DNA from: Bdellovibrionota bacterium
GTDB lineage: Bacteria; Bdellovibrionota_C; UBA2361; CAKMMH01
Assembly: GCA_050952645.1 (NCBI GenBank)
Contig: JBMNLI010000017.1
Coordinates: 96,001-160,000, forward strand
DNA length: 64,000 nucleotides
Reading direction: 5' to 3'
A model generated the notes under the pieces. It was not told the origin of the DNA. It saw only the letters and a program-made list of their open reading frames with translations, and ran no database searches. A program made the position numbers and the translations under genes. This document shows, in pieces, positions 50,691 to 61,580 of the stretch. Position 1 is the stretch's first letter. Every line of letters starts with the position of its first letter.

Positions 50691-52979
50691 TTACAGCGGT
50701 GCTCCAAAGGAAAACATCGTAACCATGCTACTTTCACCATCTTCCTTATCTATCGGATAGCCAAACTCAAGCCTTAACGGAAACGGTCCTAGTGGAGATA
50801 CCCATCTAAAACCCCAACCCCAAGATTTTCTAAGCTCACCAAAATCTATACTCTCATTATCATCGAAAGCTTGCCCCATATCATAGAAAACTAACGCTCT
50901 TAAACCTGCCGACTCTATAAATGGAAAGATTAAATCTATATTATTTACAAACTGCTTAGCTCCACCATACTCACTACCATTGGCATCTTTAGGGCCTAAC
51001 GTTCTAGGTTTAAAACCTCTTACAGAATTTATACCACCTAAGAAATAACGTTTAAATAGCGATAAGTCACCGCCTCCACGACCTTCTCCATACCCAAAAT
51101 CGGTTCTCATAGAAAAAGTGATATCTCCACCACTCCACGCATCTTTTACTAAAGGATAGTAAAAAGTATTAGAAGCCTCAAATATATAAAACTCTTCATC
51201 TCCACCTAGTCCCCCAAACTCAAAAGAAATTTTTTGCATCGTGCCTTTAGATGGATTTAAATTATTATCTAAAGTGTTTCTTATTAACGCTGGTTTTATA
51301 GATGATGAAACGGATTTTCCTCTTTCATCTTTTATAAAATCTGCCGCATCTTCTTCTATATTTCTAATATTAATATTTAATAATTCATACCTTACCGAAA
51401 AATCTATATCTTCAAAGATGCTTCCGAAAACTTGCTCTAGCGGATATCCTAGAGTGATAGCACCACCAGTAGTAACTTTATCAAAATCGCTATACTCTCT
51501 ATCCGTAGCGAGAAGCTCCATGCCTAACGACCAAAAAGAATCATTTAATCTTCTATTAAGGAAAGAAAGCGTAGCGTTGTTTCTTTCCGTTCCTACATCG
51601 ATATCTAGCATTAAACTTCTACCAGTTCCAAAAAGATTATTCTCTGAAAAACGAGTATTAAATATCATACCATCCGAGGTTGAATACCCTACCCCAACGC
51701 TAAAACTTCCCGTCGAAGATTCCTTAACACTAGTATCTAAATCGACCTTTCCTAAATCATCTAAAGCACTCGTCGCCACATTTACCTCGCTAAAATACCC
51801 AAGTCTTCTTAATAAAGTTTCACTTCTTTTTACTTTTCTAGACGAGTAATTCTCACCTTCACTTATCACAAACTCACGTCTTATCACATTGTCATACGTT
51901 TTATCATTCCCAGTAATATTAATCTTGTTTATCTTTACCTTTCTTCCTTTCTCAACCGTAAAAGAAACATTAACCTCTGAAAGTTCTTTATTTATGGTAG
52001 TTCTAGGCTCTATATTAGCGAAAGCATACGAATAATCACCAAGAATATCACTTATTATAAATGAAGCCCTTTTCATCTTCTCTGCACTAAAAACATCTCC
52101 TCTTTTAATTTTAAGCTTTCCTAATATATCCTCTTTTTTCATCTCATAAAAATTAGTTTCTATATCTATCTTACCAAAGTAAAACTTTACGCCCTCTTTG
52201 ACTTTAAACGAAACATTTATTCCATCATCTCCATCTTTTTGAATATTTGCTTTACTAATATTTCCCGTAATAAAACCATGATCCATAAAATATTTAATTA
52301 CCAACTCTCTATCATTTTCTAACATTTCTTGATTTAATCTTCCTGTGCTAAAAAGCCACGAACTCCACCATTTATATTTTTTAGTCTGGATAGTATCTAA
52401 TAAATCTTTTTCATCTATTTCTTTTAAACCTTGAAAACTTATTTTTCTTATCTTATATCTTTTTCCCTCCTTAATATTAAAAGTAACATCCACTTGATTA
52501 TTTTCTACCGCCTTAGTAGTATACGAAATTTTAGCATCATAAAAGCCCCTAAATTGATATACCGCTTTTAATGCTCTCATAGAATTGTCAAGCATATTCT
52601 TATCTATAAAACGTGATTGATTATCGAAATTTAGTGCGTCCTTTAAATCTCTATCATCTAACTTACTATTGCCATCTAGTAAAAGTTTTCTTAACACTGG
52701 CTTTTCTACTAACTCGAATTTTAATATGTTATTTGCTATTAAACTCACCCTAACATTACTAAAATACGACATCGCATAAAGTTCTTTTACGTATTTATTT
52801 ATTTGATTTTTGTCTATCACCTTTTTAGAAATTTTTAATCGCTTTTTTATCGTATTAGTAGTTATCCTATGATTGCCCTCAAATACGACATCACTTACAT
52901 ATATATCTTGTGAAAATGAAGCACAAGGAAACATAAACACTAAAACTAGGAACAAACATTTTAATATATATTTTATCAT
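50691..52979 (-). CDS. bamA: Outer membrane protein assembly factor BamA
   Basis: POTRA repeats, GN.KT.D.VIRRE, TGSF..G.GYS, SVRGF, W.SPLGP. Confidence 0.96.
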   Translation of the reverse strand: MIKYILKCLFLVLVFMFPCASFSQDIYVSDVVFEGNHRITTNTIKKRLKISKKVIDKNQINKYVKELYAMSYFSNVRVSLIANNILKFELVEKPVLRKLLLDGNSKLDDRDLKDALNFDNQSRFIDKNMLDNSMRALKAVYQFRGFYDAKISYTTKAVENNQVDVTFNIKEGKRYKIRKISFQGLKEIDEKDLLDTIQTKKYKWWSSWLFSTGRLNQEMLENDRELVIKYFMDHGFITGNISKANIQKDGDDGINVSFKVKEGVKFYFGKIDIETNFYEMKKEDILGKLKIKRGDVFSAEKMKRASFIISDILGDYSYAFANIEPRTTINKELSEVNVSFTVEKGRKVKINKINITGNDKTYDNVIRREFVISEGENYSSRKVKRSETLLRRLGYFSEVNVATSALDDLGKVDLDTSVKESSTGSFSVGVGYSTSDGMIFNTRFSENNLFGTGRSLMLDIDVGTERNNATLSFLNRRLNDSFWSLGMELLATDREYSDFDKVTTGGAITLGYPLEQVFGSIFEDIDFSVRYELLNINIRNIEEDAADFIKDERGKSVSSSIKPALIRNTLDNNLNPSKGTMQKISFEFGGLGGDEEFYIFEASNTFYYPLVKDAWSGGDITFSMRTDFGYGEGRGGGDLSLFKRYFLGGINSVRGFKPRTLGPKDANGSEYGGAKQFVNNIDLIFPFIESAGLRALVFYDMGQAFDDNESIDFGELRKSWGWGFRWVSPLGPFPLRLEFGYPIDKEDGESSMVTMFSFGAPL

Positions 52980-52984
52980 ATCGC

Positions 52985-53671
52985 TTAAGACCTTATTTTA
53001 ATTTTTTTTAAATAACCTCTTTCTATCATTTCATAAACATTATCTAATTGAAACGCTAAATCTTTATTATGAGTAACTAAAATAAAAGAATTTTTCATTT
53101 CATTATTTAGTTCTAAAATCATATCCCAAATATATTTTGATGTATTTACATCTAGACTTCCCGTAGGCTCATCTCCTAGAACGATGCTAGGATTGTTTAT
53201 AAGCGCCCGAGCTATAGCAACACGTTGTTGCTCTCCACCAGAAAGCCTGCTAGGTATATGAGCACTTCTTTTTTCTAAGCCTACCATTTTTAATAATTCT
53301 TTCGATTTTTTATACGCCACATCCTTAGGTATTTTTGCTATCAAAAGTGGCATCGCAACATTTTCTAGTGCTGTAAAATCTGAAAGTAAATTATGAAACT
53401 GAAAAATAAAGCCGATATTTTTCGACCTAAAACTAGAAAGCTCCTTATCTGAATATTTAGTTATATCTATATCATCAAACAAAATCTTTCCACTACTAGG
53501 CCTATCGAGCGTTCCTAGAATATGAAGAAGCGTCGATTTACCTATACCCGATTTGCCTAAAATTGCAAAAGACGATTTTTCTTTAAACTCTATACTTAAA
53601 TTTTGAATAATCGTAAGTGTAGTATCTGCATCTTTATACGTCTTTGATAATTCACTTAATTTTAATCTCAT
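52985..53671 (-). CDS. lolD: Lipoprotein-releasing ABC transporter ATPase
   Basis: [41 protein letters not shown]. Confidence 0.92.
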   Translation of the reverse strand: MRLKLSELSKTYKDADTTLTIIQNLSIEFKEKSSFAILGKSGIGKSTLLHILGTLDRPSSGKILFDDIDITKYSDKELSSFRSKNIGFIFQFHNLLSDFTALENVAMPLLIAKIPKDVAYKKSKELLKMVGLEKRSAHIPSRLSGGEQQRVAIARALINNPSIVLGDEPTGSLDVNTSKYIWDMILELNNEMKNSFILVTHNKDLAFQLDNVYEMIERGYLKKIKIRS

Positions 53672-53771
53672 AAAAAATACTTTTTTAAAATTTAAATTTT
53701 AAATTCCAATTTTTTATTTATAAATACTTTATAAATTACGCTATAAATTACGCTATAAATTATATTATAAA

Positions 53772-55043
53772 TTACTCGTATCTTAAAACCTCGCTAGGAT
53801 TTAACTTGCTAGCTCGAGTTGCAGGGTAAATGGTTGCTAAAAGTGAAATTAAAAATGAGGATACAGAAACCACTACAACATTTACTACTTCCACTTTTAC
53901 AGGCACTCTATCGACAGGAAAAACTCTAGCATCTAAAGGAAAGCCAAACTCTTCTAAACATATACAACCTATCATTCCTAAAATTACCCCTAACACGGTT
54001 CCGAAAAAACCTATAACTACTCCCATCGAAACGAAAACTTTAGCAATATCATTCGTTGTGGCACCTAAAGTTTTTAGCACTGCTACATCTTTTCTTTTTT
54101 CTAAAACTATCATTACGAGCGTCGTTACTACGGAGAAACTAGCCATAATAATTATTAAAAGAAGAACTATAAAATAAGTTTTCTTTTCTAATTGGAGTGC
54201 TTCCCAAAGAGGTCTATTTAAATCTAGCCAAGTTTGCGTAAAATAATACGGGCTAATTTGCTTTAACTCTTTATCGATATTATTTGCAACTATTGGTGCT
54301 GCATCTAAATCGTTTAAAAAAATCTCAAAACCTGAAACTCTATCTTTCATTTCAAAGAAACTTTGTGCTTCTTTAATATCAACGTATACTAGGCCGCTTT
54401 CATACTCAGATAACCCTGAAGAATAGATATCTCCCACGATAAAGCGCTTATATTTAGGCATTAAACCAAAGGGAGACGATTGAAGAGATGATGATAAAAG
54501 CGTAACGATTGCACCCCTATAAAGCCCTAAGTCCATAGAGAGTTGCTTTCCGATTATTATGACTGGCAAACTAGAGATATGATTAGTAGATGCGTCGTAG
54601 TAATCTTGTTTTTTATATAAAACACTTTCCTCATTACCTGCTACATTTTCAAAAAGTTTTTTTGAAGCGTCCGACCCTTCTTTTAAGCCTTTTATAAGCA
54701 TTCCAATAGTTCTATCTTTGTATTTTAAAAGCCCTTGTCTATAAATAAAGGGAGAAACCGTTTTAACATCTTTTACTTTTGAAATTTTTTCTTCTATTTT
54801 ATCGCTATCTAGAATGTCGCTTAGCGAACGCTTTACTATTATATGAGAGTTAGCACCGATAATTTTATTTTTAAGCTCATACTCAAAGCCTGTCATAATT
54901 GCCATTACGATATTTAACACGCCAACTCCTATTGCGATGCCAAGCAATGAAACTATGCTTATTATACTTATAAAAGCTTCTTTTCTTTTTGTGCAAAGAT
55001 ACCTATTAGCAACTTTTAATGAAAAACTAGACAAGAAACGCAC
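53772..55043 (-). CDS. Lipoprotein-releasing ABC transporter permease LolC/E
   Basis: GIAIGV..L.IV.AIMTGF, EKRKDVAVLKTLGA, YPA.RAS.L.P.EVLRYE. Confidence 0.93.
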   Translation of the reverse strand: MRFLSSFSLKVANRYLCTKRKEAFISIISIVSLLGIAIGVGVLNIVMAIMTGFEYELKNKIIGANSHIIVKRSLSDILDSDKIEEKISKVKDVKTVSPFIYRQGLLKYKDRTIGMLIKGLKEGSDASKKLFENVAGNEESVLYKKQDYYDASTNHISSLPVIIIGKQLSMDLGLYRGAIVTLLSSSLQSSPFGLMPKYKRFIVGDIYSSGLSEYESGLVYVDIKEAQSFFEMKDRVSGFEIFLNDLDAAPIVANNIDKELKQISPYYFTQTWLDLNRPLWEALQLEKKTYFIVLLLIIIMASFSVVTTLVMIVLEKRKDVAVLKTLGATTNDIAKVFVSMGVVIGFFGTVLGVILGMIGCICLEEFGFPLDARVFPVDRVPVKVEVVNVVVVSVSSFLISLLATIYPATRASKLNPSEVLRYE

Positions 55044-55384
55044 CTTTTTTATAAAAGCTAAAAAATTTTATTTTAAAACTATCAGTTTGAAATTACCAAT
55101 TTGAAACCACCTAAAAAACTATACCACTTTTAATATATTTTTAAAATATCTTAAAAAGGAACCCTTGGGCTCTATTTAATCCTACGCATTAAGATATACA
55201 TGAAAAGATATTATTACTTTATTTATCACTTGCTGCTTTACACTTTATTTATTGTATCTGTTTGTTGTATTTGTTTATTATATTTATTTACCGCCTTATA
55301 ATATTTGATTTGTTATCTTGCTTTATTATTTTGATTTATTATATCGCTTTACTTTTAAAATTAAATGATTAAAAATACTTAATT

Positions 55385-56533
55385 ATGGAAAACACAGAAA
55401 TATCTATAATCGGTGGCGGACTAATCGGGCTTACTGTGGCCTGGACGCTAGCTAAAAACAATATAAAAGTTACTGTTTTTGAAAAAGATACTTGCGGAGC
55501 AGGAGCAAGTTCATACTCCCTTGGAGTGCTTGGCTACCCATCTCCTTTAAGAAAAACTAACTTTCACAAGGCTCATAGAATTAGCCTTAAAATGACTGAA
55601 AATTTTTACAAAGAAATAGAAAGTGAGTCAAAAATACCATTAGATTACGCCCGCATCGGCTCTTTAGAAATTATCCCTGGCGAGGCACAATACAAACAAG
55701 CGTTAGCAGAGGTAGAGTATACTCAAAGCACTGAATGTGATAGCGACACACCTAGGTTAGAAATTATCCCTAAAGATGAATTAGAAAAACTAGAGCCTAA
55801 TATAAAACTTACAGAGTTTGGCGCAATTTACGCAAAAGCTTTTGCTAGATTATCGGTCGATAAAACTATAAAATCCATTAAACAAGCTTGCATAATAAAT
55901 GGCGTTACCATTAAAGAAAACACTCCCGTAAAAGAGCTTATTGTTGAAAACAACAAAGCTATAGGCATAAAACTTCTAAATGGCGAGAAAGTTTATTCTC
56001 AAAATATTTTAATCGCCTCGGGAGCTTGGTCTGGTTCGTATGGAAAAGAAGCGGCGTATTACGCTTATATGGAGGGGATAAGGGGGCAAGCGATAGAGGT
56101 AAAAAGTGAAACTAGACTTGCAAGCCACATTATAAAATATAATAAAGGGTATATAATACCTTCCCTAGATGATACTTATGGTATAGGCTCTACTACTGAA
56201 AAAAATGTCGGCTTTGATAGTAGTGCAACAGTTCAAGGATTTATAGATATATTAACTAGGGCAAAAGAAACTCTTCCGATTATTAGTAATGCAAAAATAA
56301 ATCGCCACTGGGCAGGGTTAAGACCAGCAGGAAGAGATAGAAAACCACATATTGGAAAAGTGCCAACGATAGATGGATTGTTTATCGCTACTGGGCATTA
56401 TAAAATAGGCTTTGGCTATGCACCTATAACGTGCGATATTATTAAAAGGCAGATGCTAGGAGAAGAGATCCCTTACCCTATAGATGAACTTATCCCACGA
56501 AACGCAGAGCCATTAAATAAAAAGAATAAATAA
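55385..56533 (+). CDS. FAD-dependent oxidoreductase, glycine oxidase ThiO/DAO family
   Basis: GGGLIG, GAS...G, ASGAWS, RGQ, WAGLRP, ATGHY..G. Confidence 0.85.
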   Translation: MENTEISIIGGGLIGLTVAWTLAKNNIKVTVFEKDTCGAGASSYSLGVLGYPSPLRKTNFHKAHRISLKMTENFYKEIESESKIPLDYARIGSLEIIPGEAQYKQALAEVEYTQSTECDSDTPRLEIIPKDELEKLEPNIKLTEFGAIYAKAFARLSVDKTIKSIKQACIINGVTIKENTPVKELIVENNKAIGIKLLNGEKVYSQNILIASGAWSGSYGKEAAYYAYMEGIRGQAIEVKSETRLASHIIKYNKGYIIPSLDDTYGIGSTTEKNVGFDSSATVQGFIDILTRAKETLPIISNAKINRHWAGLRPAGRDRKPHIGKVPTIDGLFIATGHYKIGFGYAPITCDIIKRQMLGEEIPYPIDELIPRNAEPLNKKNK

Positions 56534-56769
56534 GGTTCTTAAAGTTTTAAGTGGGTTAGAAAAATTGGCTTTTATAGAAAACTCCCTAAAGTTTTTTTAA
56601 AAAATTATAGTTATGTATTTATAGTTATATATTTATAGTTATATATTTATAGTCATATATAAAGTAATTTGTTTTATGTAATTTTCTTAAAGTCAATTTT
56701 CTATTGGGCACCCACTAGGGGCTTATGCTAATTTTTAAAATTTAAAACTACCTTAAAACGTAAGGAACG
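56534..56769 (+). mobile_element. MITE family A, full copy
   Basis: TIRs GGTTCTTAAAGTTTTAAG / CTTAAAACGTAAGGAACG; perfect 8-bp TSD ATAAATAA (56526-56533 and 56770-56777); internal 14-bp tandem expansion. Confidence 0.88.
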
Positions 56770-56781
56770 ATAAATAATCAT

Positions 56782-57330
56782 ATGGGAATAGCAAAAAAAC
56801 CACAAAAAGTTTTATTAACTATCACTATTTTTTCAAGTAGCAAAGAGCTTATAGAAAAAAGCAAAGAATGCTTGCAAAAAAAATTTGGCAAAATCGCTTT
56901 AGAAAGTGAGCTATTTAATTTTAATGAAACTGCGTACTATGAAAAAGAGATGGGAGATAATTTAAAATTACAAATAGTATCATTTGAAAAACTTATCTCT
57001 CCTAAAAAAATAGCTTCAATCAAAATAAAAACTAATAAGATAGAAAAAAAATTACATGCATTCGCTATAAAAAAATTAAATATTAAAAATATTAAAAGAA
57101 GCATCAATTTAGACCCTGGATACATTACGCCTAATAAATTTGTCCTTGCTACTACTAAAGATGCTGGGCATAGAATATACTTAGAAAAAGGAATTTTCGC
57201 CGAAGCTACGCTTTCATACACACATAAAAGCTGGCAAACGCATTCCTACACTTATTTAAATTATAAAAATAAAGACTATCAAGCGTTTTTAAGCAATTTA
57301 AGAGATTATTTAAAAAAGAGCTTAAACTAA
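56782..57330 (+). CDS. DUF4416-like protein
   Basis: F..T.YYEKEMG..L, IK..TN.IE, R.INLDPGY, LATTK...HRIYL..GIFAE.TL. Confidence 0.85.
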   Translation: MGIAKKPQKVLLTITIFSSSKELIEKSKECLQKKFGKIALESELFNFNETAYYEKEMGDNLKLQIVSFEKLISPKKIASIKIKTNKIEKKLHAFAIKKLNIKNIKRSINLDPGYITPNKFVLATTKDAGHRIYLEKGIFAEATLSYTHKSWQTHSYTYLNYKNKDYQAFLSNLRDYLKKSLN

Positions 57331-58112
57331 TATATCTTACTCTTTGTTAAAATTTCTACACCCGTTTCAGTTACTAGCACCGTTTCTTCCCACTGGGCAG
57401 AAAGTTTCCTGTCTCTCGTCCATACCGTCCAACCGTCAGCAGTAGAGCATTCAGTTTTAAAGGTTCCTTCATTTATCATAGGCTCTATGGTAAAGGTCAT
57501 CCCAGGACGCATCTCTTCCCCCGAACCCTTAGTAGCAATATGAACGACTTGCGGAAGCTCATGAAAAACTTTCCCGATACCGTGTCCCGTATAATCTCGA
57601 ACGATACCATAATTTTTCCCGAGTGAATTTACGTAGCGTGAGATAGCATAACCAATATCCCCTATTCTATTCCCAGGCTTTACCATTTGAATGCCTATAT
57701 TCATAGCCTGCTTTGCAGTTTCTACTAAATGGATAGCTTTCGAGGAGCAAGCTTTCTTGCCACCTACAAAATACATACGGCTAGCATCGCCATAGTAGCC
57801 ATCTAATATAGAAGTAACGTCTATATTTAATATATCGCCCTCTTTTAATATCTCTTTTTCATTTGGAATACCATGACAGACTACCTCATTTACCGACGTG
57901 CAAACGGACTTAGGAAACCCTTGGTAATTAAGTGGTGCAGGAGTTGCTCCTAATTTTAATGTTAAATCGTGAACGAAAGTATTTATATCCTCAGTAGAAA
58001 TCCCAGGAGCTACTATATCATGAATATCATCTAAAATTTTTGCAGTTACTTTACACACTTCACGCATCTTCTCGATTTCTTCTTTAGTTTTTATAGATAT
58101 TTTGTATAGCAT
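57327..58112 (-). CDS. map: Methionine aminopeptidase type I
   Basis: C.SVNEVVCHGIP, DVT...GYYGD, GHGIG..FHE.P, FTIEPMIN, SAQWE.T. Confidence 0.96.
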   Translation of the reverse strand: MLYKISIKTKEEIEKMREVCKVTAKILDDIHDIVAPGISTEDINTFVHDLTLKLGATPAPLNYQGFPKSVCTSVNEVVCHGIPNEKEILKEGDILNIDVTSILDGYYGDASRMYFVGGKKACSSKAIHLVETAKQAMNIGIQMVKPGNRIGDIGYAISRYVNSLGKNYGIVRDYTGHGIGKVFHELPQVVHIATKGSGEEMRPGMTFTIEPMINEGTFKTECSTADGWTVWTRDRKLSAQWEETVLVTETGVEILTKSKIY

Positions 58113-58292
58113 TTTTAAAAACTCCTTTTAAATATATAGTTTTTTATGGACAGCTTATTTTACCTTGCTTTACTAGACTTTTACTTTCGATTTTTAAAAA
58201 GTCAATCTATATATTATAACAAATTTAAGCGTATAAAGCTAATTTTAAACTACACTTCAAAGCAACTTCAAAGCAACCGTAAATTGTAATAT

Positions 58293-59141
58293 TTAAAGTT
58301 CTTCTTTATCAAAGACTCTTACGGCTATTTTATACTTATTTGCTAAACCCTCAAACGTTATAGGGTCGATTATAACAGTTTTCTCGGCTTCTATTGCTAA
58401 TGCAGAAAGCCTCGCCTTATTCATATTCTCAAGAGTCGTAGGACCTACCGTAGGGAGGTCTAATCTTAAATCTTGCTGAGGTTTAACTAGCTTTACTAGC
58501 ACGCCCTTTCTTTCTTTTGCACTTTTTTGAATAAGCTTGCCAGCTCTAAAAATCATCTCATCAGTCCCCTCGACGGCTTCTACCGCTACTACTAAACCAT
58601 CTGCAACCACAACGCCTTGCCCTATATCAAACTCGCCTATTTTTTTTGCTACATTCCAGCCAAACCTTACATCCTCAAACTCACTTTCCGTAAAATCTCT
58701 ATTAGAAATCAGCCCCCTTTTTGCTACGTAATTTTCTAAAAGGACTGTAGGTGATAAAACTTGAATTCCATTTACCTCTATCTCTTTTGTAGCAGCTCTA
58801 AGAATAACATCATCTCTTATAGTTTTTGCTTTTGCTAAAATTAAAAGTCCCTTTGCATCTATTTTTACATTACCAAAAAGATTTACTCTCTTTACGCCAC
58901 CTGCAAAAGCCATCTGCTTTATACGTTCTTTTTTTAAAATTTTTAAGAGCTTGCCAAACTCTCCTATCTTTATTTCATAGACTTTTTTCGCTAGTTTTTC
59001 TAACTCTAAAGATGCTTCACCTTTTATCTTAATTACGACTATCTCTATATCTTTTTTTATAGCATTTTTCACAAAATCCACTGGAAAATTTCCATTCCCT
59101 GCAAGTAAAGCTATTTTTGAATCGAGTTTAGCATTATTCAT
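58293..59141 (-). CDS. lpxI: UDP-2,3-diacylglucosamine pyrophosphatase LpxI
   Basis: AGNG.FP, DIGQ.VVV, AVEAVEGTD, KPQQDLR.DLPTVG. Confidence 0.92.
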   Translation of the reverse strand: MNNAKLDSKIALLAGNGNFPVDFVKNAIKKDIEIVVIKIKGEASLELEKLAKKVYEIKIGEFGKLLKILKKERIKQMAFAGGVKRVNLFGNVKIDAKGLLILAKAKTIRDDVILRAATKEIEVNGIQVLSPTVLLENYVAKRGLISNRDFTESEFEDVRFGWNVAKKIGEFDIGQGVVVADGLVVAVEAVEGTDEMIFRAGKLIQKSAKERKGVLVKLVKPQQDLRLDLPTVGPTTLENMNKARLSALAIEAEKTVIIDPITFEGLANKYKIAVRVFDKEEL

Positions 59142-59226
59142 ATATACATAATTTATATATTTTTATATTTTGATTTTGCTATTTAATATCTTGTTATTTA
59201 ATAAAAGAAATCTAAAAAAATAAAAC

Positions 59227-60045
59227 TTAAGATTGCTCCATATCTTCATCTATATTTTTTCTTGCTAATGTAAACCCTCTTATAGAATCTTCAGATAGAA
59301 AAGTTAAAAATATTTTCCCCATCTCAAAGCTATACTCTTCATCAGACATTAACGCTGCTACTCTATCTTTAAAATGTCCCTCACCTAAAAACACTTTTCT
59401 ATATAGCTTTCTCATTTTTAACACATCTTCTTTAGACATGCCCGACCTTAAAAGTCCTATTTGATTTATTCCTACTAGACCTGCTCTATCTCCTTGAGCA
59501 TAACAGCAAGGTGCTATATCCCTAGTAACCATTGCGCCACCGCCTACAAAGGCTTTTTCTCCAATACGTGTAAATTGATGCACAGCACTTAAGCCACCCA
59601 TAATCACATTATTAGCAATAGACACGTGTCCTGCAAGAGTTGCACAATTTGCAAAAACATTACTATTACCGATAACTACATCATGAGCTATATGAGTACA
59701 AGCCATAAATAAATTATTATTACCTACAACCGTTTTCATTATACCAGTCTTAGTTCCTTTGTGCATCGTCACGCACTCTCTTATTTTATTACCATTTCCA
59801 ATAATTAGTTCGGAATCTTCACCAGCATATTTTAAATCTTGAGGCACTGCTCCTATCGATGCAAACTGAAAAATTTGATTATTATCACCTATAGTAGTTT
59901 TCCCATCGATTACCACATTAGAAGCAATTTTATTGTTTTCGCCAATTTTTACGTTTGGTCCTACATAGGTAAAGGGACCAATTTCAGTCCCTTGCCCAAT
60001 TTGTGCTCCATCAGATACTACTGCTAATGAATGAATATTTCCCAT
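59227..60045 (-). CDS. lpxA: Acyl-ACP-UDP-N-acetylglucosamine O-acyltransferase
   Basis: Hexapeptide repeats, PQDLKY, IRE.VT.H.GT, HIAHD, AGHV, VHQF. Confidence 0.96.
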   Translation of the reverse strand: MGNIHSLAVVSDGAQIGQGTEIGPFTYVGPNVKIGENNKIASNVVIDGKTTIGDNNQIFQFASIGAVPQDLKYAGEDSELIIGNGNKIRECVTMHKGTKTGIMKTVVGNNNLFMACTHIAHDVVIGNSNVFANCATLAGHVSIANNVIMGGLSAVHQFTRIGEKAFVGGGAMVTRDIAPCCYAQGDRAGLVGINQIGLLRSGMSKEDVLKMRKLYRKVFLGEGHFKDRVAALMSDEEYSFEMGKIFLTFLSEDSIRGFTLARKNIDEDMEQS

Positions 60046-60147
60046 AATTATCTTCTCCGATTATCTTTATCTTTTCCGACTATTTTCGTCTTTAATCTCT
60101 TCTTTTTACTTTTAAATTTTTTATCTTTCTTTTTTTATCTTTCCGTC

Positions 60148-60621
60148 TTATTTTTCAGCCGCTGTTAATATACCACTAGCAACTATTTCACCATCAACGG
60201 TAGCAGTAGCTCGCATTTTCCACAAGAAGCTTTTTTTATTTAAGAGTTTCATCGTGATGTATATTACATCCCCTGGGACTACTTGCTTTCGCCACTTAAA
60301 ATCATCAACTCCTACAAGATAAAAAGTTTTAGATAAATCTGTATCTTTCACGATTCTTGCTAAAAATGCACCAGCTTGTGCCATAGCTTCTATAACGAGC
60401 ACCCCTGGCATAACGGGCTTTCCTGGGAAATGTCCTTGGAAAAAAGGCTCATTTATAGTTACATTTTTAATTGCTACTATTTCATTATTTTCATTTTTTG
60501 ATAACACCTTATCTATTAGCAAAAATGGATACCTGTGAGGCAATATTTTTGCAATATCATTAACATCATACAATGGTTCTTTTAATGGTTCATTTAATGG
60601 CTTATTTTTTTTATTACTCAT
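60148..60621 (-). CDS. fabZ: 3-hydroxyacyl-ACP dehydratase
   Basis: LPHRYPFLLIDK, NEPFFQGHFP..PVMPGVL.IEAMAQ. Confidence 0.97.
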   Translation of the reverse strand: MSNKKNKPLNEPLKEPLYDVNDIAKILPHRYPFLLIDKVLSKNENNEIVAIKNVTINEPFFQGHFPGKPVMPGVLVIEAMAQAGAFLARIVKDTDLSKTFYLVGVDDFKWRKQVVPGDVIYITMKLLNKKSFLWKMRATATVDGEIVASGILTAAEK

Positions 60622-60734
60622 AAAACTTCAACTCTCCCTTTTATAAACTATAACCTACACTATACTATTTAGTTATATCTATTTAGTTATATAATTCTTT
60701 TTATAATAAACGTTAATTTTTAGGAAAAAATAAT

Positions 60735-61244
60735 TTAATCAAACATTTTAATAACATCACGTGTTATATCATAGTCATCATTAGCATATATAACGAATGC
60801 ATCTCCCTTTTGGAGAACTAATTGATAACCATTCTTTTTTGATAAATCATGAACTACCTTTTGTATTTTAGAAAGTAAGCTTCTAAATAAGGCGTTTCTT
60901 TTCCTTGCATACATTTCTTTTTTATCATTAAATTCAAGCATTAAATCTCTTTCTTCTTTTTGAAGCTCTTTTTGTTTTTCCTCTAAAGCTGAACTAGAAA
61001 GAAGCGGTGCTTTTTGTAGTAAGTCAGCTCTTTTTTTATCGATGCCACTTTTCTTTTTTTCTAGTGCCTTATAAGCAGTTTCCATTTCCATTTTTAACGC
61101 ATCTAAGGATTTTCTAGACGACTTAGACTCGGCTAGAACTTTATTAAAATCGACAAAATAAACTTTATTATCATTACTTTCTGCATAACAAACATTGCTA
61201 CTTAAAAAAACCATTATAGCTACTAGTAAAAAAATTCTTTTCAT
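60735..61244 (-). CDS. skp: OmpH/Skp periplasmic chaperone
   Basis: Signal peptide, VDF.KVL.ES, coiled coil, VIYA....DIT..VI. Confidence 0.88.
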   Translation of the reverse strand: MKRIFLLVAIMVFLSSNVCYAESNDNKVYFVDFNKVLAESKSSRKSLDALKMEMETAYKALEKKKSGIDKKRADLLQKAPLLSSSALEEKQKELQKEERDLMLEFNDKKEMYARKRNALFRSLLSKIQKVVHDLSKKNGYQLVLQKGDAFVIYANDDYDITRDVIKMFD

Positions 61245-61580
61245 AATATTAAATTCCTGAAATTAAAAACAATATCATATTCTATATACTTTATCTAAAA
61301 ATTACAAGAAACTAGCTTTAGAGAATTAGCAAACTAAATATAAATAAACATAGATAAATATAAATAAATACAAATAATAGCTAAACTAGGCTCGCCGTTT
61401 TACTGCGTTCTAGAATAATGTCCTAGAATAAGTATTCAACAATGGCAAATTGTGGGTTAAAAACGTTAAAAATCACATCTTTTTTCAAAAAATAGCATCA
61501 AAATAGTAATAATGCACTTATATTATGTACTTATTATATACTCTAATTATATACTCTAAAAAATTAAGGAATATATTATT

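Noticed and set aside
51241..51849. Antisense ORFs over core genes (e.g. 51241-51849, 21022-21384, 23984-24400, 47964-48455, 50048-50512)
   Set aside because: They lie opposite well-supported or longer genes and carry no motifs.
55044..55384. TPP riboswitch upstream of the thiO-like gene
   Set aside because: No conserved TPP aptamer motifs are visible; the region is low-complexity AT repeats.
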